Assembly (NCBI RefSeq): GCF_000008565.1
Contig: NC_001263.1
Location: forward strand, 915,776 to 947,775
DNA length: 32,000 nt
DNA from: Deinococcus radiodurans R1 = ATCC 13939 = DSM 20539
Lineage (GTDB): Bacteria > Deinococcota > Deinococci > Deinococcales > Deinococcaceae
Direction: 5' to 3'
The notes beneath the pieces are model-generated. The model made no database searches, was not told where the DNA came from, and saw only the letters and a list, made by a program, of their open reading frames with translations. How positions within the stretch are numbered: the stretch's first letter is position 1; the number at the start of each line of letters is the position of its first letter. Positions 1 through 17,507 of this stretch are shown here, one piece after another. Made by a program: the position numbers and the translations under genes.

Positions 1-309
1 GAGGGTGTCGCTCTCGGCCAGGGCCTGCTGCGCTTCCCGCACCCGCACGTCGAGCGGTTTGATGGCCTCCACGCCGCGCTGCACCGCCTGGGTCGCGGCC
101 CGGCGGCTGCCCTGCAAACTGGGCACGAGCACCATAAAGGTGTAAAAGAGCGTGGCGATAAACCCGCCCAGAAAGAGGTTCAGCGCCAGAAATACGATCC
201 ACAGCGCGCCCTGCCGCGTCACGACGGCGTGCACCAGACACACGATATTGAGAATGCTGAACAGCCCCAGCAGCCAGCCATAGTTGTGAAGAAGCCCACC
301 GACGTCCAT
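1..309 (-). CDS. Small membrane protein, N-terminal part only (gene runs off the left edge). It has a hydrophobic motif of the PLD-N / cardiolipin-synthase N-terminal type.
   Basis: Reverse-strand reading from ATG (309..307) gives MDVGGLLHNYGWLLGLFSILNIVCLVHAVVTRQGALWIVFLALNLFLGGFIATLFYTFMVLVP... and stays open to position 1 with GC-rich third positions. It is absent from the ORF track because there is no stop inside the window. A TAGAGT box lies 6 nt upstream of the ATG. Confidence 0.5.
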   Translation of the reverse strand, partial: MDVGGLLHNYGWLLGLFSILNIVCLVHAVVTRQGALWIVFLALNLFLGGFIATLFYTFMVLVPSLQGSRRAATQAVQRGVEAIKPLDVRVREAQQALAESDTL

Positions 310-409
310 ACCGAGACTCTACGGGACTGGGCAGCGGCGTAGATGGGGAGGGAGTGGCAGTCATGGCACAGGGCCGCACCTCCCCGCAGGGGGCGATACG
401 CTGTGGGTC

Positions 410-892
410 ATGGACTTTCTGCGGGCCCTGCACGGCTACAGTTTCAATTTCGACGCGGCGTTTCTGGCGCCCAACCCCTTTGCCCTGGCGAGCCTGCTGC
501 TGTTCATCTGGAGCTTCTGGATGCTGCGGCGCGACGCGGTGACCCCCAGCTTTCTCGTCGGCGTGCGGCTGACCTGGCTGACCTTTCTGGTGCCCGCCTT
601 GACCGGCATTCTACTGACCCTGAGAGGCGGCAAGGTGCCGAGCGCGGTGGACGTGGGCGGCGGGCTGACCAAGTTCGGCACGCCCTACGACCCCACCCAG
701 GAGGGAATGCACTGGCTTTATGCGAGCTTCGCGCTGCTGAGCCTGCTGCTGATCGAAAGCCTGATTCGCGGGCAGTTTCTCGAGCGCCGCAAGGGCCTGA
801 AGCTGCTGCCGGTGGTCACCTTGTTCATGTACGGCTGCGCCTACATGGTGGGGCACGTGGCGTTTTTTCCGGGCAGCACGCCGGGGCGCTGA
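410..892 (+). CDS. Hypothetical integral membrane protein (about 4 hydrophobic segments)
   Basis: 160-aa ORF with GC-rich third positions and hydrophobic stretches (LASLLLFIWSFWML, LTWLTFLVPALTGILLTL, WLYASFALLSLLLIESL, LLPVVTLFMYGCAYMVGHVAFF). A TACGCT box (397..402) lies 7 nt before the ATG. I recognise no family. Confidence 0.6.
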   Translation: MDFLRALHGYSFNFDAAFLAPNPFALASLLLFIWSFWMLRRDAVTPSFLVGVRLTWLTFLVPALTGILLTLRGGKVPSAVDVGGGLTKFGTPYDPTQEGMHWLYASFALLSLLLIESLIRGQFLERRKGLKLLPVVTLFMYGCAYMVGHVAFFPGSTPGR

Positions 893-942
893 CCTCGCGC
901 GGCTGCTCCTTCCTCATCCGCCGCTGACGGTGACGTGTTCAA

Positions 943-2940
943 GTGGTGGGGCGCATGCGCTGTCTTTTTCTTTCCTTCATTTTGTTGCTGCCCAGCGCAG
1001 CGTCCGCTCTCGCCGCTCCGCAGACCGTGGTGGTCCGGCCGGGGCAGACGCTTTACCGCATCGCCCTGCAAAACGGGCTGAGTGTGGCAGAGCTTCAGCG
1101 TCTCAACGGACTGCATTCCACCACCATCGAGGTGGGGCAGGTGCTGCGGGTGACGCCGCTCGTCAAGCTCTCGCCCGCGCCTGTCAAACTCGTGCCGGCC
1201 AAACCGGTGCCTGCCCCGCCCGTCGCGGCCAAGCCTGCGCCCGTCAAACTTGTGCCGGTCAAGCCCGCATTGAAACCGGCGCCCACCACCTACACCGTGC
1301 GGCGCGGCGACACCCTGACCAGCATCGGCAAATTCGTGGGCCTGCGGGTCGAGCAACTCCAGCGGCTCAACGGGCTCAAAGGCAACACCATCGCGGTGGG
1401 GCAAGTCCTGCGGCTCACGGCGCCCCCGACCACCTACCGGGTCCAGCCGGGCGACACCCTGCCGAAAATCGGCGTGAAGGTGGGGCTGCGGGTCGAGCAG
1501 CTCCGGCGCATCAACGGCTTGACAGGAGACGCCCTCCAGATTGGTCAGGTGCTGCGGCTCACTGCCCCGCCCGCGCCCACAGTCGTTGCCAAAGCGCCCG
1601 TTCGCCCCGCGCAGCCGCCGACCACCTACACCGTGCGGCGCGGGGACACGCTGACCAGCATCGGCAAGTTCGTGGGGTTGCGGGTCGAGCAGCTCCAGCG
1701 GCTTAACGGGCTCAAGGACAACACCATCGCTGTCGGCCAGGTGTTACGTCTCACGGCTCCCAAGCCGGTGGTGGCCGCAGCCGCCCGCCCCGCGCCGGTT
1801 CAGGCCGCGCCCGCTAAGCCGGCAGCGGCGCCCGGCACCTACGTCGTGGTCCCTGGCGACACCCTGGCGAAAATCGGCGTGAAGGTGGGCTTGCGGGTGG
1901 AGCAGCTCCAGCGGCTCAACGGCCTAAGCGGCACGACCATTGAGGTAGGGCAGGTGCTCAAGCTGCGTGGGCCGGCGGTGTCAGTGGTGGCAGCGGCGCC
2001 GGCACCTGCCCGCGTCGTGCCTTCCCTGCCGCCGGGCACCGAGGCGCGGCTGATTCACCGCTATGTGCGCGTCGGCCTGCGCGACAACGCCCGCACGCTG
2101 GCGCAGACGTATGGCGTGACGCCCGAACAGTTGCGGGAGCTCAACGGGTTCGGCAGCACCGGGTACATCCTGCCGGGGATGCGGGTGCTGGTGCCGCAGC
2201 AGGTCGCGGTGCCGGTGCCGCCCCGCCCGGTGGCCGCGCCCGTCACGTTGCAGCAGGTGACGCCGCTGGGTATTCCAGTACAGGTCGTGCGGGTGGACCT
2301 GCGCTGGCGCAGTGTGCTCGTCACGCCTGTGCTGCCGGGAGAAGGCCTGAAACGCGGCTCGGGCGCCACCGTCAGCGCCCTGGCTGCCCGCAGTGGGGCG
2401 CGCGCCGTGGTCAACGGCAGTTATTTCCATCCCGGCACCTACGCCCCGGCAGGCGACATCGTGATGCATGGACGGCTGCTCACCTGGGGCCGCATTCCAT
2501 CGGCGCTGGCGATTACGCCCGACAACCGCGCCGAAATCCGGGAGGGCGGCACCGGGCTGCTCGGACGGGTGCTCGACACGAGTTGGGCAGGCATGGAAAC
2601 GGTCATCGCCACCGGCCCCGAGATTGTGCGCGACGGCGTGGTCCAGAACCGTTACAGTTCGGTCTTCCGCGACCCCGCCGTCTTCGGGCAGGCGGCCCGC
2701 AGCGCCATCGGCCTCGCCGGGCCGCGTGACCTGCTGCTGGTCACCACCCACGCCAAACTCAGCGTCGGGCAGATGGGGCAGGTGATGCAGGCCCTCGGCG
2801 CCCGCGACGCCCTGCTGCTCGACGGCGGCTCCAGCGCCGGCATGGCCTGGAACGGCGCGGCGGTGCTCAACAGCGTTCGCAAGGTGAGCTACGGCATCGG
2901 CGTGTTCACCGACTACGACGGAAAGCGCTACTCGCGCTGA
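943..2940 (+). CDS. Secreted peptidoglycan-binding protein: signal peptide, six LysM domains, and a C-terminal phosphodiester glycosidase (NAGPA / DUF2233-type) domain
   Basis: Signal-like N-terminus (LFLSFILLLPSAASALAAPQ). LysM repeats of the form Y.V..GDTL..IG...GL.V..L..LNGL....I.VGQVL.L. C-terminal VVNGSYFHP...ATGPEIVRDGVV...LLLDGGSSAGMAWNG is typical of phosphodiester glycosidases. The start could instead be ATG 955. Confidence 0.85.
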   Translation: MVGRMRCLFLSFILLLPSAASALAAPQTVVVRPGQTLYRIALQNGLSVAELQRLNGLHSTTIEVGQVLRVTPLVKLSPAPVKLVPAKPVPAPPVAAKPAPVKLVPVKPALKPAPTTYTVRRGDTLTSIGKFVGLRVEQLQRLNGLKGNTIAVGQVLRLTAPPTTYRVQPGDTLPKIGVKVGLRVEQLRRINGLTGDALQIGQVLRLTAPPAPTVVAKAPVRPAQPPTTYTVRRGDTLTSIGKFVGLRVEQLQRLNGLKDNTIAVGQVLRLTAPKPVVAAAARPAPVQAAPAKPAAAPGTYVVVPGDTLAKIGVKVGLRVEQLQRLNGLSGTTIEVGQVLKLRGPAVSVVAAAPAPARVVPSLPPGTEARLIHRYVRVGLRDNARTLAQTYGVTPEQLRELNGFGSTGYILPGMRVLVPQQVAVPVPPRPVAAPVTLQQVTPLGIPVQVVRVDLRWRSVLVTPVLPGEGLKRGSGATVSALAARSGARAVVNGSYFHPGTYAPAGDIVMHGRLLTWGRIPSALAITPDNRAEIREGGTGLLGRVLDTSWAGMETVIATGPEIVRDGVVQNRYSSVFRDPAVFGQAARSAIGLAGPRDLLLVTTHAKLSVGQMGQVMQALGARDALLLDGGSSAGMAWNGAAVLNSVRKVSYGIGVFTDYDGKRYSR

Positions 2941-2954
2941 CGCCGGCAGCAACC

Positions 2955-2994
2955 AAAAAAAGCCCCCACCCGTTTCCGAGTGGGGGTCTTTCTA
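2955..2994. terminator. Bidirectional intrinsic terminator between the convergent LysM gene and rpoC
   Basis: A7 run (2955..2961), stem GCCCCCAC (2962..2969) / GTGGGGG (2980..2986), 10-nt loop, then TCTTTCT. On the minus strand the same hairpin is followed by T7. Confidence 0.7.
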
Positions 2995-3005
2995 TGGGCT
3001 ACAGC

Positions 3006-7646
<4,641 letters not shown>

Positions 7647-7678
7647 TCAGGCTCCTGTGGAATGGAGGCTCTTTTGTT

Positions 7679-7751
7679 GGTCAAACCGTCGAACTGTCTC
7701 ACCGTCGAACGGCTGAAAGATGTTGGCGGTTTGACCTTTAGACGGTTTGAC
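7679..7751 (-). repeat. Structured rpoB-rpoC intercistronic spacer with competing inverted repeats and a 9-bp direct repeat
   Basis: GGTCAAACCGTC (7679..7690) is complementary both to GGCGGTTTGACC (7725..7736, 11 of 12) and to GACGGTTTGAC (7741..7751, 11 of 11). CCGTCGAAC occurs twice (7686..7694 and 7702..7710). Confidence 0.5.
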
Positions 7752-7784
7752 AGTGCTCGACGGGTTGGCAGTGCCGCAGGCGCC

Positions 7785-11264
<3,480 letters not shown>

Positions 11265-11444
11265 GCACACCTCGCACGCTGGAAATCTCGGGGCTGCGGC
11301 TCTCGTCCAGGTCCAAAAGCGCAACTGGGACCGCCGGCTCTCGCCTGCGCTCCTCGGAAAAAAGACCTATTGTTGCCATGTATACTTGTGATTCACGTTC
11401 CGGCAAAGAACCCCTGTCCAACCCATCCTGGTTGGCGACAGGAA

Positions 11445-11473
11445 AGTATAGGGCGCTCATGATTCCCTGTCAA
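11445..11473 (-). promoter_or_regulatory. Near-consensus sigma-A promoter for rpoB-rpoC
   Basis: Minus strand reads TTGACA (11473..11468), a 17-nt spacer, then TATACT (11450..11445). The predicted start is near 11438, giving a leader of about 170 nt to the rpoB ATG. Confidence 0.7.
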
Positions 11474-11520
11474 GAGGCTGGGCGACTGCGGCGTGGCCCC
11501 CGCGTCTGGGCGTCTGCGCT

Positions 11521-11874
11521 GTGATAAACGGAAAGCCGATGACAGGCGGCAAAAAGCAAGGCGGCAGGCCTGGAGGCACTAAGCCCAGGCAGAAAATTCG
11601 GCTCACCCGCGAGACCGGGCAACGGCGCGGCGGCGAAAGCGGTGAGGACGTGACGGTGGCCCCGGCAGTGGGCGGGTATTTCGACGTGCGTCCGGCCCGG
11701 TTGCCCCACTGGCTCGACCCCCTCTCGGCGCTCACCAAGCCCGGCGTGCGCGGCTTTCCCGAGGCGGACGCGGCCCAGGTGGTGCTGGCCCAGACGATGC
11801 GCAAGGACCGGGTGCGCGGCGAGGTTCTCGACCTCACCGCGCAGGCGGCCTGCTCGCCAGCCTGCCGGGCGTGA
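11521..11874 (+). pseudogene. N-terminal fragment of an RsmC-like tandem-domain methyltransferase, separated from the main ORF by frame shifts. The real start is probably GTG near 11650-11656.
   Basis: ...TKPGVRGFPEADAAQVVLAQTMRKDRVRGEVLDLTAQ parallels the C-terminal catalytic domain (GLPGVFSAAKPDKATAILLTHLADLDLTGQRVLDLGCGAG). The frame then breaks; see findings. The first ~20 codons have poor GC3 and are probably not coding. Confidence 0.5.
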
Positions 11875-11884
11875 CCTGCGGGCG

Positions 11885-12781
11885 GTGGAGGGCGCGGCGG
11901 CGGCGCTGACGGTCCTGCGCGCCGCTGGCCTCGACGCGCACGCCACGACCCCTGGCGAGGACCTCTCCGCCCGCTGGCCCGAGCGCGCCCGCACGGTGGC
12001 GCTGGTGCTCGCCGGCGACCGGGGCAATGCCTACGCGCAGGCGCAGGTGGCGTGGGCGCACGCCTGCACGCCTCCCGGCGGCACGCTGTACCTCGCCGGC
12101 GACCGGGACAAGGGCTTCGACCGCTACGTGCGGCAGGCGGGCGCGGCTTTCGGCAGCGGTGAAGTCGTCGCGCGGGACGGCGGGATGCGCGTCGCCAAAC
12201 TGGTGCGCCGCCCCGGCCCCACGCCGCCGCTGCCTGAGCCGGAGACGTATGAGGCGTTCGGCGTCAAGGTGGTCGGCCTCCCCGGCGTGTTCAGCGCCGC
12301 CAAGCCCGACAAGGCGACGGCCATTTTGCTGACCCATCTCGCGGACCTTGACCTGACGGGCCAGCGCGTCCTCGACCTCGGCTGCGGCGCGGGCCTCATC
12401 GGGGCGTGGGCGGCGAGCCGGGGCGGGCAAGTCACACTAGTAGACGGCGACCTCCAGAGCGTGCGGAGCAGCGAGCGGACGCTGGCCGCGAATGCGCTTC
12501 CCGGCGAGGTCATTCACTCCGACGTGGACGCGGCCCTCGGCGAGCGGCAGTTCGACGTGATGCTGACCAATCCGCCGTTTCATGTCGGGCGCGGCGTGGT
12601 CCTCGACGTGGCCCGCGAATTCATCGCCACCGCCGGGCGCCGCCTCGTTCCCGGTGGCCGGATGTTCCTCGTCGCCAACGAGCCGCTGCCCTACGAACAG
12701 GCCCTCGGGGCGCTCGGCACGGTGCGTGAAGTGGTCCGCGAGCAGGGCTTCAAGGTGCTGGAACTGCGGCGGGCGGAGTAA
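11885..12781 (+). CDS. Class I SAM-dependent methyltransferase, RsmC/RsmD-like (16S rRNA m2G type). This is the main part of a gene that probably begins upstream.
   Basis: Motif I VLDLGCGAGLIGAWAA and the N-methyltransferase motif NPPFH. A degenerate duplicate of the fold precedes the catalytic domain, as in RsmC. Confidence 0.85.
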   Translation: MEGAAAALTVLRAAGLDAHATTPGEDLSARWPERARTVALVLAGDRGNAYAQAQVAWAHACTPPGGTLYLAGDRDKGFDRYVRQAGAAFGSGEVVARDGGMRVAKLVRRPGPTPPLPEPETYEAFGVKVVGLPGVFSAAKPDKATAILLTHLADLDLTGQRVLDLGCGAGLIGAWAASRGGQVTLVDGDLQSVRSSERTLAANALPGEVIHSDVDAALGERQFDVMLTNPPFHVGRGVVLDVAREFIATAGRRLVPGGRMFLVANEPLPYEQALGALGTVREVVREQGFKVLELRRAE

Positions 12782-12968
12782 GAGAGCGAGTCCGAACGGC
12801 GGGTGGGAACCTTTGACCCTCTGACCTCGTATTCCCTGAGATGTCCGAATGCTGTTGCTTTCCCGAAGTTGTTTCGCCGCTCCTGGTGTTTTCCTGACCT
12901 GCTCGACGCGTCCCTGGTCGTCCGTCTTACTCACGTCTTTACCGGAGAGGGGCTCAGAGCAAGGTCTC

Positions 12969-12977
12969 TGCTAGACT
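12969..12977 (+). promoter_or_regulatory. Candidate extended -10 promoter for sigA
   Basis: TGcTAGACT (TG 12969..12970, TAGACT 12972..12977) lies about 55 nt upstream of the sigA ATG. There is no good -35. Confidence 0.3.
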
Positions 12978-13033
12978 GACCCGCTTAAGGCCACTGGCCC
13001 CCACACCCCATTTTCACATCTCAGGAGTCCTCA

Positions 13034-14814
<1,781 letters not shown>

Positions 14815-14831
14815 ACTCCGCCTTTTGAGCT

Positions 14832-14862
14832 GCCCCTGCCCGCGTGGTGGGGGCCGTTTTTT
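14832..14862 (+). terminator. Intrinsic terminator of sigA
   Basis: Stem 14832..14840 (GCCCCTGCC) pairs with 14846..14854 (GGTGGGGGC, includes G-U pairs), with a 5-nt loop. It is followed by CG and T6 (14857..14862). Confidence 0.75.
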
Positions 14863-14988
14863 GGCTCTGGCGGTGGGCACTGGCGCTCTAACACTCTGAC
14901 AGCACTAGGAACTTTTCTACGTGTCCGGCATAGTGAGCGGCACCATGACAGTGCTTAATACGACTGAGCTTAAGATCGAGGGTGCCGT

Positions 14989-16446
14989 GTGACCACGGCG
15001 GCTAGTCCGCTTCCTATAGATGAGTCGCCGCAGACGGTGCCCTGGCGCCGGGCGCTGCTGGCGTTGCTGCCGCTGGCGTTTCTGGGGCTGATGCCCTGGG
15101 GAATCTGCCTGGGCCTGAGCGCCGTCATCCTGATCGGCCTGCGCTTTCCGGCGTGGGGGTCAGGGCGACTGCTGCTGTTTCTCTTCGTGATTGCAGTGGG
15201 GGCGCTGGTGCAGGTGCCCGGCGCGTGGAACTCGGGCGCCGGCCCCGGCCTCCTGATTGCCCTGGCTTCCGGCTATCTGTTGCAACTGCTGCTGGTGTTT
15301 CTGCTCCATTTTTCCCTGATCATGCTTGAAGAAGGCCAGCGCCGGGGGCTGCTGCTGGTACTGTTGCCGGCGCTCTTCGCCCCGCAGTGGGGGCTGGTGC
15401 CCGCGCTGCTGGGGGGCCTGCTGGCGCGTGAAGGCCCCGACGACCGCCTGTCAAGTCAGCGGGCGCCCACGCAGCGTCCGGTGTGGGTCACGGTGGCCGG
15501 GGCCGCTGCTGCCTTGGTTCTTCTCGGCGCACTGCTGCCGCACGCCCGAGTACAGGTTCAGGAAGTGGCGACCCGGCAGGCCGCGCCCCCCCCGCAGGAG
15601 GAAACCTCCTCGGACTGGAGTCTGAAGCCGGAGGACAGTGGCACGCGAAGGCAGGCCAAGCCGGCGGCGAACGCGCCCTTTATGGTCAAGTTCGATGAGG
15701 ACCGGCTGGCGCTGCCGCCTGTCGAGCTGCTATTGCTGTTCAGCGCTCTGTTGTTGGCAGCGTTGGGGATCATCCTGTGGCGCACGACAGGCGGCGAGAA
15801 GATGCCCGCCCTGACCCTGCCGGAAAAACTGATGGTCGCAGGCCTGACCCTGACGTTCCTCCTGACCCTGCTCGCGGCGCTCCTGATTCAGGGCAAGGGG
15901 CAAACTGCTTCCCAGACCCTGGAACAAACGCAGGACACCATGAAAGAGGCAGGCCGAAAGATACGTGAAATGGTGCCTGAACAGGCGGCCCATACCGTCA
16001 ACGGCACCGGATTTTTCAATGCCTTGAGCTGGGTGACGTTGGCTGCCGCGGTCCTTGTTGTCGGTCTGCTGCTGCTCAGGTTGCGGCGCCCCCGCCTGCG
16101 CCTCGCTGCTCAGGACGTGGAAGCGACGGACGATACGGCTTCTGCCACTGCCCCGGCGCCCGCCCTGCACCGCGTTCGCCTCGCTTATCGCCGCGCTGAG
16201 GACGCTTTGCAGGAGGCCGGACACGCCCGCACCCCCGCCGAAACGCCCGCCGGGTACGCGGCGCGGCTGAGTGCCCAGTTGCCCGACCTCGCCGCGCCGC
16301 TCCAGACCCTCACCCGCGTCTACGAGCCGGTCCGCTACGGCGGGCACGTGACCGACGAAGACGCCGACGCCGCCGAATCCGCCGCTGAGCGCGTGGCCGA
16401 CCTCGCTCCCCTCCTGCGCCCCCCCGACCCGGAAGGAACCCTATGA
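14989..16446 (+). CDS. Polytopic membrane protein with a C-terminal DUF4129-type domain and no transglutaminase core
   Basis: GTG start. Several hydrophobic segments. The C-terminus YRRAEDALQEAGHARTPAETPAGYAARLSAQLPDLAAPLQTLTRVYEPVRYGGH matches the DUF4129 pattern seen at the end of TgpA-like proteins. The stop overlaps the next start (ATGA at 16443..16446). Confidence 0.75.
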   Translation: MTTAASPLPIDESPQTVPWRRALLALLPLAFLGLMPWGICLGLSAVILIGLRFPAWGSGRLLLFLFVIAVGALVQVPGAWNSGAGPGLLIALASGYLLQLLLVFLLHFSLIMLEEGQRRGLLLVLLPALFAPQWGLVPALLGGLLAREGPDDRLSSQRAPTQRPVWVTVAGAAAALVLLGALLPHARVQVQEVATRQAAPPPQEETSSDWSLKPEDSGTRRQAKPAANAPFMVKFDEDRLALPPVELLLLFSALLLAALGIILWRTTGGEKMPALTLPEKLMVAGLTLTFLLTLLAALLIQGKGQTASQTLEQTQDTMKEAGRKIREMVPEQAAHTVNGTGFFNALSWVTLAAAVLVVGLLLLRLRRPRLRLAAQDVEATDDTASATAPAPALHRVRLAYRRAEDALQEAGHARTPAETPAGYAARLSAQLPDLAAPLQTLTRVYEPVRYGGHVTDEDADAAESAAERVADLAPLLRPPDPEGTL

Positions 16447-17507
16447 CTGCACCCACCCCGACGGCTCCTGGCCTGACGCCCGCCCCCCAGACCCAGCCTT
16501 TCGCCGCCGAAATCATCGCCAACGTCGCCCGCGTGCTTGTCGGCAAAGAAGACGTGACCCGCCTCGCGCTCGCCGCCATTCTCGCCGGAGGACACGTGCT
16601 GCTCGAAGACGCGCCCGGCACCGGCAAAACCGTGCTGGCGCGCGCGCTGGCCGCCAGCCTGGGCCTCGATTTTCGCCGCGTGCAGTTCACCCCCGACCTG
16701 CTGCCGAGTGACGTGACCGGGGTGAGCGTGTTCCGGCCCGCCACCGGCACCTTCGAGTTCGTGCCGGGGCCGATTTTTACCGGCATCCTGCTCGCCGACG
16801 AAATCAACCGCGCCACCCCCAAAACGCAGTCCGCGCTGCTCGAGGCGATGGGGGAGGGGCAGGTCAGCGAGTCGGGCGTGACCCACCGCCTGCCGCAGCC
16901 TTTCGTCGTCATCGCCACCCAGAACCCGGTGGAGCACGAGGGCACCTACCGCCTGCCCGAAGCGCAGCTCGACCGCTTTTTGCTGCGGCTCTCGGTGGGG
17001 TATCCGTCGCTGGAACAGGAAGTGGAGATGCTTGCGCGATTGCAGGAGCGCCACCCCTTGCAGGATCTGCGGGCCGTCGCCGCGCCCGCCGACCTGCTCG
17101 CCGCGCAGGCGCAGGTGCAGCAGGTGACGGTCAGCTCCGATGTCCGGCGCTACCTCGCCGCGCTCGCCGCCCGCTCGCGCCAGCACCCGCAGGTCACGCT
17201 CGGCGGCGGCCCGCGTGCCAGCCTCGCGCTTCAGGGGGTTGCGCAAGCCCTCGCCTGGACGCAGGGGCGCACCTTCGTCACGCCGGACGACGTGCAGCAG
17301 GCGGCGCCGGGCGTGCTGGCCCACCGCCTCTCGCTGGGCATCGAGGCCCGGATGCAGGGTCTGAGCGCCGCCGACGTGGTGCGCGAGGTGCTGGCCGCCG
17401 AACCCGTGCCGGTGGAGAAAGGCCCCGGTGAGCGCGACATGGGTGAGCGCGGGACAGGCGAGAGGGGGCCAAGCGAGAGAAATACAGCCGAGGTGCGCGG
17501 CGCATGA
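16443..17507 (+). CDS. MoxR-family AAA+ ATPase
   Basis: Walker A DAPGTGKT, Walker B LLADEINR, and the MoxR signature TPKTQSALLEAMGEGQVS...VIATQNPVEHEGTYRLPEAQLDRF. It has a GER-repeat tail, and its stop overlaps the next start (ATGA at 17504..17507). Confidence 0.95.
   Translation: MTAPTPTAPGLTPAPQTQPFAAEIIANVARVLVGKEDVTRLALAAILAGGHVLLEDAPGTGKTVLARALAASLGLDFRRVQFTPDLLPSDVTGVSVFRPATGTFEFVPGPIFTGILLADEINRATPKTQSALLEAMGEGQVSESGVTHRLPQPFVVIATQNPVEHEGTYRLPEAQLDRFLLRLSVGYPSLEQEVEMLARLQERHPLQDLRAVAAPADLLAAQAQVQQVTVSSDVRRYLAALAARSRQHPQVTLGGGPRASLALQGVAQALAWTQGRTFVTPDDVQQAAPGVLAHRLSLGIEARMQGLSAADVVREVLAAEPVPVEKGPGERDMGERGTGERGPSERNTAEVRGA

Noticed and set aside
11265-11324. A 20-codon N-terminal extension of rpoB (MRFWTWTRAAAPRFPACEVC).
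   Set aside because: It has no homology. The conserved RpoB N-terminus begins at the ATG at 11264.
14956-14965. TAATACGACT, an exact match to the first 10 nt of the phage T7 class III promoter, upstream of the DUF4129-MoxR operon.
   Set aside because: The following bases (GAGCTTAAG) diverge from CACTATAGG, which is essential for T7 RNA polymerase. There is no phage context, so this is probably coincidence. The adjacent TAAGAT (14971..14976) is a more plausible host -10.
17420-17470. A direct DNA repeat GGTGAGCGCG x2 encoding a GER-GER-GER-SER tail at the end of MoxR.
   Set aside because: This is a low-complexity C-terminal tail just before the overlapping DUF58 start. There is no evidence of function beyond being a linker.
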